Source: an uncultured Methanomassiliicoccales archaeon (GTDB lineage Archaea > Thermoplasmatota > Thermoplasmata > Methanomassiliicoccales > UBA472). Taken from it: a stretch of DNA of 64,000 nt. This document shows positions 25,407-35,160 of this stretch, piece by piece. The translations under genes and the position numbers were made by a program. Each line of letters starts with the position of its first letter. Within the stretch, counting starts at the first letter, position 1. The notes under the pieces were generated by a model, which made no database searches, was not told the origin of the DNA, and was given only the letters and a program-made list of their open reading frames with translations. The DNA lies in NCBI GenBank assembly GCA_963695345.1, contig OY968769.1, positions 1,184,001 to 1,248,000 on the forward strand, read 5' to 3'.

Positions 25407-25700
25407 TCAATACCTTACCATCTGGGCGTGCGGAACGCCGCCGATGATCATGACGCAATCCTTCTCGATGAAGCTGTGCTCCGCCGCGATGCGGCATACC
25501 TTCTCGCCCACCAGGTTGGCCACGGTGCAGCCGCTCAACCGGTTCACCAGCATCTCCTCGTCGGCATCCTCGCCCTGATAGAAGCCGGGCGAGACGGTCA
25601 GCCTCAGCTCTCCCTCGCGGAACGTCTGTCCCAGGAGATGCTTGTCGCACGCCGCGACGACCACGTCACTGCCCTGTTTGTAGACCCTAACGGTTATCAA
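25407..25700 (-). CDS. DUF424 family protein
   Basis: VVAACD..LLG..F.EG...L.V...FY.G...ANLVG....IGGVPHAQ. Confidence 0.85.
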   Translation of the reverse strand: MITVRVYKQGSDVVVAACDKHLLGQTFREGELRLTVSPGFYQGEDADEEMLVNRLSGCTVANLVGEKVCRIAAEHSFIEKDCVMIIGGVPHAQMVRY

Positions 25701-25798
25701 ATCAATTCCCGGTCCTGTGTTTAACGGAGTTCAACTAAACCCTGACACGCTATTATACTTTTGCCGGAACCGCCGGGGAGACGGAAACATCAGCTGGC

Positions 25799-28700
25799 TC
25801 AGTCCCCGCTGGACAGTTTGTAGAAGTCATGGCTCGGCTCGTAGATGTCCCCGGCGTTGCGCAGCTTCTTCAGCGCCTCCCTCAGTTCCTGCTCGGTCAG
25901 GTTCTTCTCCGGGGCGTGCTCCAGCAGCGTCTTGAACGACACCCCCTTGCCCGGCTCGGAGTTGGAATGGATGAGCGTACGGACGACCGAGATCTTGTTC
26001 CGGTCGGTCTTGGAGAACCCGGTCATCACCTTGTCCACGTCCATGCTGCCCGAGTCCCGTGGCCATCTTGTTCAGGTAGAACTCGACGATGCGGACGGCA
26101 CGCTCGGCGTCCTCCTTGGCGACGACGTTGCTCAGCCTTATCCGGGCCGATGCCTCGGACAGCCGGATGAACGCCTCCAGCTGACGGGCGGTGATCGGTA
26201 CGGAGGCGCCCTGCACCTCGCCCAGCTTGCGTATCGCCAGATACTTGTCCTGGATGATCTTGCGCGCTTCCTTGCTCATCACCGGCACGTACCGTTTGGA
26301 GTGCGCCACGTACTTCCGCAGGAACTCCCTGTCGTAGACCGGCTTCAGTTTGTCCGTGTCCTCCATGATCTTCTTGTAGTCGACGCCCAGATCGTCCAGC
26401 ACGCTCAGGTCCTCGTGACGGCGTACCTCGCCGCGCACGTGTCCCATGATGATGTGCTCGGCGATCCGGGTGTCCGTTCTCCGCCTTCGGCTTGTCGGTC
26501 AGCGCGAATATCAGGTCGAACCTGGAGAGCAGCGCCGGAGGCATGTTGATCTGGTCCGAGAGCGACTCGTTGTCGTCGAACCGGCCGTACTTCGGGTTGG
26601 CCGCGCCCAGCATGGAGCAGCGGCACTGGAGCGTGGCGGTGATGCCGGCCTTGGCCACCGATATCCTCTGCGACTCCATCGCCTCGTGCATGGAGGAACG
26701 GTCCTGCTCGGTCATCTTGTCGAGCTCATCAATGCAAGCGAGACCCTTATCCGCGAGCACCAGCGCACCCGCTTCCAACGTCCACCTTCCGTCGCCGAAC
26801 TCGTCCTTCACCGCGGCGGCGGTGTTGTGCACCACGAACCCGTTGCCGATGAAGCTGTGGGCATCCTCGACCGTGAGATCGTAGACGTGGTCGGGTATCC
26901 CGTCGCACCTTCCGTTCCACTTCGAGGTTATGCGCGACCAGTCGGACTGGGAATGGTCTCCGGCCGGCCCGACCGTCATGACCTCGTCGTCCGCCACTAC
27001 GTCGGACGACCGGATCCACGCCGGATCATGCCCGATCCGGCTCAAAACCTGCGTCTCCGGGGTCAGCGATTATGCGACCTTCCAGACTCCTCTGTGAGTT
27101 CCACAAGAAATGAAGGGGTGGCGATGCGGAAAACTGCTGATACTGGCCTGGTGACCGGCAGACCATCGGCAGACACCGTTTTAAGGCCGTTAACCCCCAC
27201 TTCCTGCCGATAGACGCCTTTTTCCACTTCCGTTGGAGTTTTCATCCTGCTTTCGACGAACTCCCCGATATCCGATCAGCTTTCCCTTTACCTCGATCTT
27301 GGTGTCCCCGGCGACGCAGAGTCCTGCGGCCGATGAGGACTTGCCTGAAGCGTAGATGCCCCTGGGGGCCAGCTCGGACATGTAGCGCAACAGCTGCGAG
27401 TTGTGCGACAGGATGCCGTTGGCGACGAAGATGTGGGTGTTCTCCACCTCCAGGTCGTAGACGAACGGTTCCGGCGCCGGGACCTCGGTCTTTGACACTA
27501 CCTTATCGCAATTGTATGCCGCGCTTCCAGCCGTAGTCTTCCCGACCGCAGTCGCCCTGCCCCTTGGTCACCGCCAGCTTCCTGTCCGACATAGATCTGT
27601 CCGGCCTGACGTGCGGCCAGCCACGTGCCGTTCTGTACGAACAGCGGGTGAGTGGGCGTAACGGTTATCTTCCGGCCGTTCTCGGTAACGAACTCGATCA
27701 GCCTCTTCGGCGCGGTTCCTCTTCCAGGCCCTGACCGCCCGGCCCGGCTCGATGACCCCCCGTTCCGTGAAGGTCATGACCTGGATGTCGATCTCGGCAT
27801 AGACCCCGTCGTCCACCTCCTTGCTCCCGAACTCGATCAGCGCCTCTTCCACGATGTCCTTGATGTTCATGCAGTTGCCGGAGGCCGAGCATGACCTCGG
27901 CATCGCCGGTCACGCACTTGGCCACGCCGGGATCGCCGACCAGAAGGATGTGGATGTCGCCCCTGACACGGGTTCCGTCGTCCAGCTGCTTGTGCGATCC
28001 GCCGAAGAGCTGCAGGGCCATCGATTCCTTGACCTCGTCGTAGCCGTAGATGGTGGGGCTGATGGACTTGATGATCTTGCTGAAGACGTTCGGGGAATGG
28101 GCTTCCTGCTTGATCCGCTCCTCTTCCTCCGGAGTGATGTTGACCTCTTCGTACTCGTGCTCCTGGAACTCCACCGAGTGAACTTCCAGGTTGATGTCGA
28201 ACAGGGTCGATTTGTTATTTCCCTGGGCCTTCTGGACCGATCGCAGGATGCCGTTTATGACGATCCGGTCTCCCGGAGATACCGTCCCGGCCAGGTCGTC
28301 CTCCAGATATCCGGTGAGACGCTCTGGCTGAGACCCGCCCCGCAGGCCTTCCGGATTCTCCTGGATCTCGATCTTCTGGGTGTCGACGTAGCTGGACTCC
28401 TCGGTCAGCAGGGTGAACTTGGTGCTGCCGCCGGAGCGCCCGCAGCCGTTCTGCTCCTTGTAGCATTCCAGCGGCTCCTTGAACTGGAGCCCTTCCTGGA
28501 CCTCCACGATCTTGGCCGGACAGCGGAAGCAGCGGAACACCGCCTCCACCAGCTTCGGACGCACGTCGGTCGCCTTGCGGACCAGCCCTTCGATCGCCAC
28601 CAGTTTGCCCAGATGCTCGCTGCGCAGTTTCCTGATGTCGATGCGCGAGTCCGGCGCCAGCGCCTTGAACCTCAGGTGGATCTCGTAGTTGCCCCGGGTC

Positions 28701-28945
28701 TGCTGCACCTGCTTGCGCACGACCGCCTCGCCGATGGACAGCACCCGCTGCGGTTCCTCGAGCATGAACTGGGCCATGTCCGGGTCGAACTGGTCCAGCT
28801 CGGCGTAGGCGATGTTGATGGAGCGGACCTCCGGATAGAGGTCGGCCACCTCCGCTACCCTGACACGGTTCTCACTGGACTCGAAGAACTCCTCCCAGCG
28901 CGCGGCGAGGTCCTCATCGGTATAATCGATCGGCAAAATGAACAC
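25799..28945 (-). CDS. mcm: Replicative helicase MCM with two inteins; multiple indels
   Basis: Zn finger, [22 protein letters not shown]|[50 protein letters not shown]-terminal wH. Confidence 0.93.
26824..27318 (-). mobile_element. Mini-intein 2 in MCM
   Basis: SSSAAGL|CVAGDTKI...[21 protein letters not shown]|TAAAVKDE; ~165 aa with internal indels. Confidence 0.9.
27400..27916 (-). mobile_element. Mini-intein 1 in MCM (inside Walker A)
   Basis: GDPGVAK|CVTGDAEV...[21 protein letters not shown]|SQLL; ~170 aa with internal indels. Confidence 0.9.
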
Positions 28946-29099
28946 CTACTTTGGTGCAAAGAATCTGGACGGGGCGTTTGACTGCTCTCGTGATCTGTTT
29001 GCTGAGAAGTGATTAGGGGGGATACATAAAAGGGTTATTCATGATGTGACACTGCACCGGAAACCGTGGCTGGAAATGGGGTCGGGGCCTGGCCTCAGT

Positions 29100-29634
29100 T
29101 CAATCCTTGCGCAGTTGCGGCACGTAATCGGCCTGGACCTCTACGACCTCGGCGCTGGTCTCGCATTCCGAGTAGCGGTCGAGGGGCTCCTGGTTCAGAA
29201 CGATGAACTGCTCTCCCCAGGTGAACTTGGAAAGGATCGAGTGGGCCTGCTCCTTCTCGCCCAGGATGTACAGGGTGGCGGCAAGCGCCTCCACCGAGCT
29301 GAGCATCAGGGGCTTGCCCCAGTTGACCGGGTTGGCGGCCAGCAGGTACGGCAACGCCCGCGGAAGGACGCTCTTCTTCAGTTGCGGCACGGCGTCGATG
29401 TTGCCCCAGGAGACGTCAAGGACAACGATGCCGTGCGTCCTGGCGGCGGACCAGATCTTCGCGGGAGACCGCCTTCTCGGCGAACGGCCAAAGGACCACG
29501 CTGCCGTAGGGGATGCTCTTGAACGAAGACAGTTCCTGCACCAGATTGAACTTGGCCATCTTGCGTGAGGTGCATTTCTTCGGGTCGCATTGATGCTCAT
29601 CGTAAACGAAAAGGGAGATCGCCACGGCACTCAC
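29100..29634 (-). CDS. tsr3: rRNA aminocarboxypropyltransferase Tsr3 (DUF367); indel near 29450
   Basis: QCDPKKCT, LDVSW, RALPYLLAANPVNWGKP..LSSVEALAA, F.WG..F...N. Confidence 0.9.
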
Positions 29635-30056
29635 TGGTTCCTCAACAGTTCGTCGATCCAGACCTTGATGTCGTCCCGTGTGTTACGGAACATCTTGAGG
29701 AGCTGCTCCTCGCTCCCTTTCGCCTCGGTCGGGTCAGCGAAGGACTTGTGGACATATTCGTCGCCCTCGATGAAGAAGGGACATTCATCCTCCGCTTCGC
29801 TGCACAGGGTGGCCACGATATCGAAGTGCTTGCCGAACATCTTGTTCGCGTCCTTCGATGCCTGTTTGGAGATGTCGATGCCGATCTCCTTCATCACCTT
29901 GATCGCATACGGGTGGACCTTGGTGGCTGAGGTCCCGGCGCTGGATGCCTCCCATCGGTTGCGGTGAAAATGGTTTACCAGCCCTTCGGCCATTTGGGAC
30001 CGAGAGGAATTGTGCGTACACATGAATAGTATGGTTCTCTTTTGCGTCTTGGCCAT
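29631..30056 (-). CDS. arsC: Arsenate reductase / LMW phosphatase family
   Basis: LFMCTHNSSRSQMAEG, SAGT, CP, F.DP. Confidence 0.85.
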   Translation of the reverse strand: MAKTQKRTILFMCTHNSSRSQMAEGLVNHFHRNRWEASSAGTSATKVHPYAIKVMKEIGIDISKQASKDANKMFGKHFDIVATLCSEAEDECPFFIEGDEYVHKSFADPTEAKGSEEQLLKMFRNTRDDIKVWIDELLRNQ

Positions 30057-30291
30057 GGTGCTTAGCTCCAGGTCTTTTTATTGGGTTTCTTGGGACTTAT
30101 GATCTCAGTGTTCTCCGACCATTGGTGAAACTGAGCGTGCATTGGGAGTTGCACTCTTGAGTGTCGTGAAGGCTAATACAGGATTACCCAAATCAAGGTA
30201 TGTATTGGTGATTGATGTAATTGACCGGCCGGCAGGCCGGGTCATCGATGCCCACAGATAGGTTTATGAAAAGAATGTGCTATGGATGCCT

Positions 30292-30356
30292 AGCCACCGT
30301 GATGATAAACCCAGCACTGATCATTCGATGATGAGAGACGGGCGAGCTGAGTGGCT
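30292..30356 (+). ncRNA. Box C/D 2'-O-methylation guide sRNA
   Basis: Terminal stem AGCCAC/GTGGCT; C GTGATGA 30299-305; D' CTGA 30317-20; C' ATGATGA 30328-34; D CTGA 30347-50; 11- and 12-nt guides; TTTATGAA ~25 nt upstream. Confidence 0.9.
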
Positions 30357-30359
30357 TAT

Positions 30360-30578
30360 TCATTCTTTCCACCAAAGGAATGAACCTTTCTCAACTGATA
30401 CTGCCCCGTGAATTTTACCCTTTTTCCTTAGTTTGTTCAACATTCTTGCTACATTGTCCGGACAATCTGGGTAACGGGCTCTGAAAATACATTCGACTTG
30501 TATCGTTGATTTGGCTTCTTGAGTAATAATCTCCAACAGAAATTCGTACTTGGAGGTTTCTTCGTTCATTTGCTCCAA
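30360..30578 (-). CDS. Small hypothetical protein, possible winged helix
   Basis: 72-aa ORF; CPD.V.RML.KLRKKG.I followed by a beta-hairpin-like tail; downstream of the pilins. Confidence 0.55.
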   Translation of the reverse strand: MEQMNEETSKYEFLLEIITQEAKSTIQVECIFRARYPDCPDNVARMLNKLRKKGKIHGAVSVEKGSFLWWKE

Positions 30579-30630
30579 AGAGATGCCTCAATATATGAAA
30601 AAGGAAAAGGCCCTATTGGGCCGATAAGGT

Positions 30631-31080
30631 TTACGACGGGACTACAATCTGGTTCGATGCGATCGCATTTCCGGTCGGTTTGTAGATCAGTGTCACAGTA
30701 TACGTCACGCCCTTTGTAAGGCTGAGAGTTACATAGTCACTGGCCTGCACATGGGTTGAACCAGCTACAGACGGCGAGATCGTTGTAGGTTGAGCTGCAA
30801 CTGCCGGGACAACCGTCACCGATACGTCCGTGTACAACACGTTGTTGCTGCTGATCGACAGTACCGAGATTGTGTAGAAGGACGCGGCGGTGGTGTTGTC
30901 TAGTCCTTTCTGCACATTCAGGGATGCTGTGGGGGTGGAGGCATTGCCTCCGCCGAATCCCATGACCATTACGTAAAGGACTGCGGCCAACACTACAGTG
31001 ATCGCTACCATCAGGATGGTGGCGATGACCGGTGAGACGGCGCTCTTGTCCTTCCTAATTTTCCACATTTTCTTCATCAT
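30631..31080 (-). CDS. Archaeal type IV pilin
   Basis: Class III signal peptide KKMWKIRKDKSA|VSPVIATILMVAITVVLAAVLY. Confidence 0.92.
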   Translation of the reverse strand: MMKKMWKIRKDKSAVSPVIATILMVAITVVLAAVLYVMVMGFGGGNASTPTASLNVQKGLDNTTAASFYTISVLSISSNNVLYTDVSVTVVPAVAAQPTTISPSVAGSTHVQASDYVTLSLTKGVTYTVTLIYKPTGNAIASNQIVVPS

Positions 31081-31103
31081 TCCAATACCTCAGATCAATT
31101 CGA

Positions 31104-31553
31104 TCAGGCTGGGACGTTGATTACAGACGATGCGATTGCATTTCCTGTTGGCTTGTAGACCAGTGTCACTGTGTAAGACGTGCTCTTTTGCAGGCTCAGA
31201 GTAACATAGTCGCTAGCCATGACATGTGTTGATCCGGCAACGGATGGTGTTAATGTCTTGGCTTGAGCTACAACTGCCGGGACGACCGTTACCGATACAT
31301 CGGTGTACAGCACATTGTTGCTGCTGATCGACAGTACTGAAATTGTGTACAGAGACGCGGCGGTGGTGTTGTCCGCTCCCTTGACTACGTTCAGGGACGC
31401 TGTCGGGGTTGAGGTGTTGCCTCCTCCGAATCCCATGACCATTACATATAGGACGGCGGCCAACACTACAGTGATCGCTACCATCAGGATGGTGGCGATG
31501 ACCGGTGAGACGGCGCTCTTGTCCTTTCTCATCTTCCACATTTTCTTCATCAT
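31104..31553 (-). CDS. Archaeal type IV pilin (paralog of the adjacent gene)
   Basis: Same signal peptide; same length (149 aa) and highly similar sequence. Confidence 0.92.
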   Translation of the reverse strand: MMKKMWKMRKDKSAVSPVIATILMVAITVVLAAVLYVMVMGFGGGNTSTPTASLNVVKGADNTTAASLYTISVLSISSNNVLYTDVSVTVVPAVVAQAKTLTPSVAGSTHVMASDYVTLSLQKSTSYTVTLVYKPTGNAIASSVINVPA

Positions 31554-31749
31554 TATTTAGTCCTCCTTAGCAGGTGAACCCTGCAGGTAATTGTGTTTAT
31601 TGATATCGGAGTATTAATTGCTCACTATCAAAAAATCAAAATTGGAGACAAGTTTTATGGACATATTTGTTAAAAAGAATACAGGCCATATATCCAAAAT
31701 GGGTGGGTTTCGGGACGGATAATATCCTAGTATCAAGATAGTATAGCTC

Positions 31750-32319
31750 TCACTTGATCGTGACGATCTGATCGCTCACCAATGACAACATTTCCCTGAG
31801 ATCGGGCTTGAGCTGTTCGTCAACGCTTAGTATTGCTATGTATGCCCCTTTCGATTTGATCATCGTCGAGAGAACCTGAACGAACTCGCTCAAAATGTTC
31901 GTCCCGTTGTTCATCGCCATTGAATTGATGGAATCCAGAATGACAAGGCTCGGTTTGCCTTCGAGCATCTTGAACATGTACTCCACCTTGAGCACGATGT
32001 TCTCCAGCATGGTCTGCGATTCGACATAGACGGTGTTGTCACCGCCGTCTAGGCTTTCCATGACGCCGTATGATACGCAGTCAACGAAGTACATGGACTT
32101 GGTACTGATGTCCAGAGAGGTCAATGCCGACGAGATCGTGGATGCCGAGACCGATGACGCGATGTAGATGCAGTTAAGGCCCTTCTTCTTGCTGAAGGTA
32201 TCGACCAGTCCGGTAAGGACATCGAAGTAGCCTTCCATGTTGATGTTCAGAACGACACTGACGGCCGGGCCTATTTCCTCCATCTTGGAGACGACCTGGT
32301 CCTTCGCCTCTTCCGTCAT
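31750..32319 (-). CDS. Inactivated RecA/KaiC-like domain protein
   Basis: CIYI, YFVDCVS, LVILDSINSM, final SDQIV strand; no Walker A. Confidence 0.7.
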   Translation of the reverse strand: MTEEAKDQVVSKMEEIGPAVSVVLNINMEGYFDVLTGLVDTFSKKKGLNCIYIASSVSASTISSALTSLDISTKSMYFVDCVSYGVMESLDGGDNTVYVESQTMLENIVLKVEYMFKMLEGKPSLVILDSINSMAMNNGTNILSEFVQVLSTMIKSKGAYIAILSVDEQLKPDLREMLSLVSDQIVTIK

Positions 32320-32320
32320 T

Positions 32321-33058
32321 TCAGATCCCCCTCAGCAATGGCGTCAACAAGAGCCCCAGACTTGTAGTGTCGGTCACGTAGCGGGAACGGGAATGCGCAG
32401 CCCCAGACATCTTGACGATCTGGATTATGCGGATGATGTCCCCCCTCCTTTCAAAGTTGCCAAGGGTGATTATGCCGTCGGCGACCACCATCTCAAACCC
32501 GTCGCTCTGAGTTGTTTCGGATATCAGTAGGCCGGTGCATTTCAGTTCGTACAGCAGATTCGCCAATCCCTTGAGGAACTCGCGTCCTGCGGACGGCTCC
32601 ATTTCCATAAGCAGAGGAGTCGTCGAATCGATGACCAGACGTTTAACGGAACCATTAGTTATCAGGGTCTTTATGGAAACGAGCATCTGCATCGCACCCT
32701 CGTTGTCGATGAGGCTATGCTCCACCTTGGCGAACTTCATGATCTCCCCGACCCCGATCGCCTTGAGCGCGCCGGATTCCATTATCTTCTTGTCGAAGAA
32801 GTCCAGCGGCGGAACGGACAACATCAGCTTCTCCGCGGAGTGCACGGTGGAAATGAGGACTCCTTTCTGACCTGCCAGTGCGCCCCTGACCAGGAATTCG
32901 ATGCCGAGCGAGGACTTGCCTGACCCGCATATGCCTGCCACGAGAATGGCCCCACCAACCGGCAGGCCCCCGCCTATGATCCGGTCCAGACCTTCTATCC
33001 CAGTGACGCAGCGCCTCGATTCCGCTTTCTTGGCCATCTCGGGCATCATTCTTATCAT
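32321..33058 (-). CDS. Single-domain KaiC/RAD55-like ATPase
   Basis: TGIEGLD..IGGGLP, GICGSGKS, RLVIDS, ADGII.L, R.IQIVKM. Confidence 0.85.
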   Translation of the reverse strand: MIRMMPEMAKKAESRRCVTGIEGLDRIIGGGLPVGGAILVAGICGSGKSSLGIEFLVRGALAGQKGVLISTVHSAEKLMLSVPPLDFFDKKIMESGALKAIGVGEIMKFAKVEHSLIDNEGAMQMLVSIKTLITNGSVKRLVIDSTTPLLMEMEPSAGREFLKGLANLLYELKCTGLLISETTQSDGFEMVVADGIITLGNFERRGDIIRIIQIVKMSGAAHSRSRYVTDTTSLGLLLTPLLRGI

Positions 33059-33148
33059 GGGATATAGGGTTTCCTGACTGATTAATCAAGTGGTGACATC
33101 AGCGAACGTAACAAAAGGAATAATATTCAGTGGGGCTTTAGAAGGCCT

Positions 33149-34444
33149 ATGAAGCCTGTCCTCCAGGTCGCTCTAGACCTGATGCACCTTAAGCGGGCGG
33201 TCGAGATCGGGAAAGAAGCGGTCGATGGCGGGGCCGACTGGATCGAAGCGGGTACGCCTCTCATAAAGAGCGAGGGCGTCGAGTCCATCCGGGCCTTGAA
33301 GAAGGCCTTGCCTGGCCACGCCATTGTCGCGGACATGAAAACAATGGATGTGGGCGGGTTCGAGGTAGAGATAGCGGCTAAGGCCGGCGCCGATGTCATC
33401 ACGGTCATGGGCCTGAGCGACGACGCCACCATTGAGGAATCCTGCACGGTGGCCGGCCGTTACGGCGCGAAGGTGATGGTGGACCTGATGAATGTCCCGG
33501 ACAAGGTGGCGAGGGCGAAGGAGGTCGAGCGTCTGGGCGCCTCATACATATGCGTTCACATGGGCATCGACCAGCAGATGAAAGGGGACACCACCCCTAC
33601 GGAGCTGGTCCGTCAGGTCGCCTCTTCCGTTTCGATCCCGATCGCCGTCGCCGGGGGCATCACCTCGGAGACCGCCGGAAAGCTGGCCAAGAGCGGCGCA
33701 TCGATCATCATCGTGGGCGGCGGCATCATCAAGACCGAGGATGTGAGGGCGGCGGCGGTCAGGATAAAGAAGGCGATAGAGAACGGTACCGTTATCCCCA
33801 CAGATTTTGAGCGCAAGTATACACAGGAGGAGCTGTTCCAAGCCTTCTCCAAGGTCTCCGCCCCCAACGTCGCGGATGCTCAGCACAAGCGGGGCGTCCT
33901 CAGGGGCATCCTCTCCCGCAATCCGCGCGGGACCAGGATGGTCGGTCGTGCCCTCACGGTCCAGACGGTCAAGGGAGATTGGGCGAAACCCGTGGAAGCC
34001 ATCGACCACGCATCCAAGGGGGATGTCATCGTGATCGATGTTGGCGGAGCGGAGGTGGCGGTCTGGGGAGAGCTGGCGTCATGGTCTGCCAAGCAACGGG
34101 GGGTAGCCGGCGTGGTCATCGACGGGGCTGCCCGGGACATCGACGGCATCATGGACATGGGCTTCCCCTGCTTTTCCAAACTGGTAGCTCCAGATGCCGG
34201 CGAGCCGAAGGGTTTTGGCGGGATCGGTCACGAGATCACGGTCGGAGGACAGAACGTCCGCACTGGCGACTGGATCATCGGTGACGATAGCGGCGTCGTG
34301 GTGGTACAGCAGGAGCATGCCGTCGAGGTGGCGAACCGGGCGGTCGATGTCGCCGAGAGGGAGGACCGGGTCCGGGAAGAAATAAGGCGGGGAGGGACGC
34401 TCTCTTCGATCCAGGAGTTGGAGAGATGGGAACAGGTCCGCTGA
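33149..34444 (+). CDS. 3-hexulose-6-phosphate synthase fused to an RraA-like domain
   Basis: LQVALD, IEAGTPLIK.EG, DMKTMD.G, VH.GIDQQ, VAGGI; then NVADA, WGELA, DGAARD, GDWIIGDDSGVVV. Confidence 0.9.
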   Translation: MKPVLQVALDLMHLKRAVEIGKEAVDGGADWIEAGTPLIKSEGVESIRALKKALPGHAIVADMKTMDVGGFEVEIAAKAGADVITVMGLSDDATIEESCTVAGRYGAKVMVDLMNVPDKVARAKEVERLGASYICVHMGIDQQMKGDTTPTELVRQVASSVSIPIAVAGGITSETAGKLAKSGASIIIVGGGIIKTEDVRAAAVRIKKAIENGTVIPTDFERKYTQEELFQAFSKVSAPNVADAQHKRGVLRGILSRNPRGTRMVGRALTVQTVKGDWAKPVEAIDHASKGDVIVIDVGGAEVAVWGELASWSAKQRGVAGVVIDGAARDIDGIMDMGFPCFSKLVAPDAGEPKGFGGIGHEITVGGQNVRTGDWIIGDDSGVVVVQQEHAVEVANRAVDVAEREDRVREEIRRGGTLSSIQELERWEQVR

Positions 34445-35127
34445 TCAATCTTCATACGCACACCGTCTACTCCGACGGGGATTTCCTGCCGGATGACATC
34501 GTCCGGAGGGCGTATCAAGGCGGCCTTTCGCACATCGCCATAACCGATCATTTCGAGACCGAGAAGGTGCCAAAGCCGTTAAGGAAAGAACACTTCGAAC
34601 GCTACATGAACAACCTGGATGCGCTCAAGGAGATGTACAAGGGCAAGATCAAGGTCCTGGCCGGGGTGGAGATCGACACAAACCCCATACGCTGCCAGCT
34701 GGAAACGCTACCAATAGATCTGATCAACCGGCTGGATGTCGTCCTTTTCGAGTACGCGAGCGACCCGATGAACGGAGGTCGTCAGCTGGAGGGTTTGGAG
34801 GACTTCAGAAAGCAGCTTACTAAACCGATATGCGGCCTTTGCCACTGGGACATGGACCGGATATTCCCCTACCGGGACCCGGACGAGCTGGCAAACACGC
34901 TCAACGTGATGGACCTTTTCGTGGAGATCAGCACCTCGCCATATTACACGAGAGGCGGATTGCCATTTTTCATTCATGCGGAGCGTTTCTTCCGATCGTT
35001 CAAGGGCAAGGTCAAGGTATCGATCGGGACCGACACGCACCGGAGGATAGATGAGGTAGTGAACATCGACATCGGTCAGGAATTCATAAAGAGGATCGGA
35101 CTGGCAGAGGACGTCGTATTACGGTAA
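34426..35127 (+). CDS. PHP-domain phosphoesterase
   Basis: LHTHTVYSDG, ITDH, GVEI, GTDTH. Confidence 0.88.
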   Translation: MGTGPLINLHTHTVYSDGDFLPDDIVRRAYQGGLSHIAITDHFETEKVPKPLRKEHFERYMNNLDALKEMYKGKIKVLAGVEIDTNPIRCQLETLPIDLINRLDVVLFEYASDPMNGGRQLEGLEDFRKQLTKPICGLCHWDMDRIFPYRDPDELANTLNVMDLFVEISTSPYYTRGGLPFFIHAERFFRSFKGKVKVSIGTDTHRRIDEVVNIDIGQEFIKRIGLAEDVVLR

Positions 35128-35160
35128 GAAGAGGTCGGGGCATTGCGCCCCGAGGAGAGT

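Noticed and set aside
30631-31553. Pilin duplication as an assembly artefact or CRISPR-like repeat
   Set aside because: The copies differ at many synonymous and non-synonymous sites and both are intact genes; no repeat-spacer pattern
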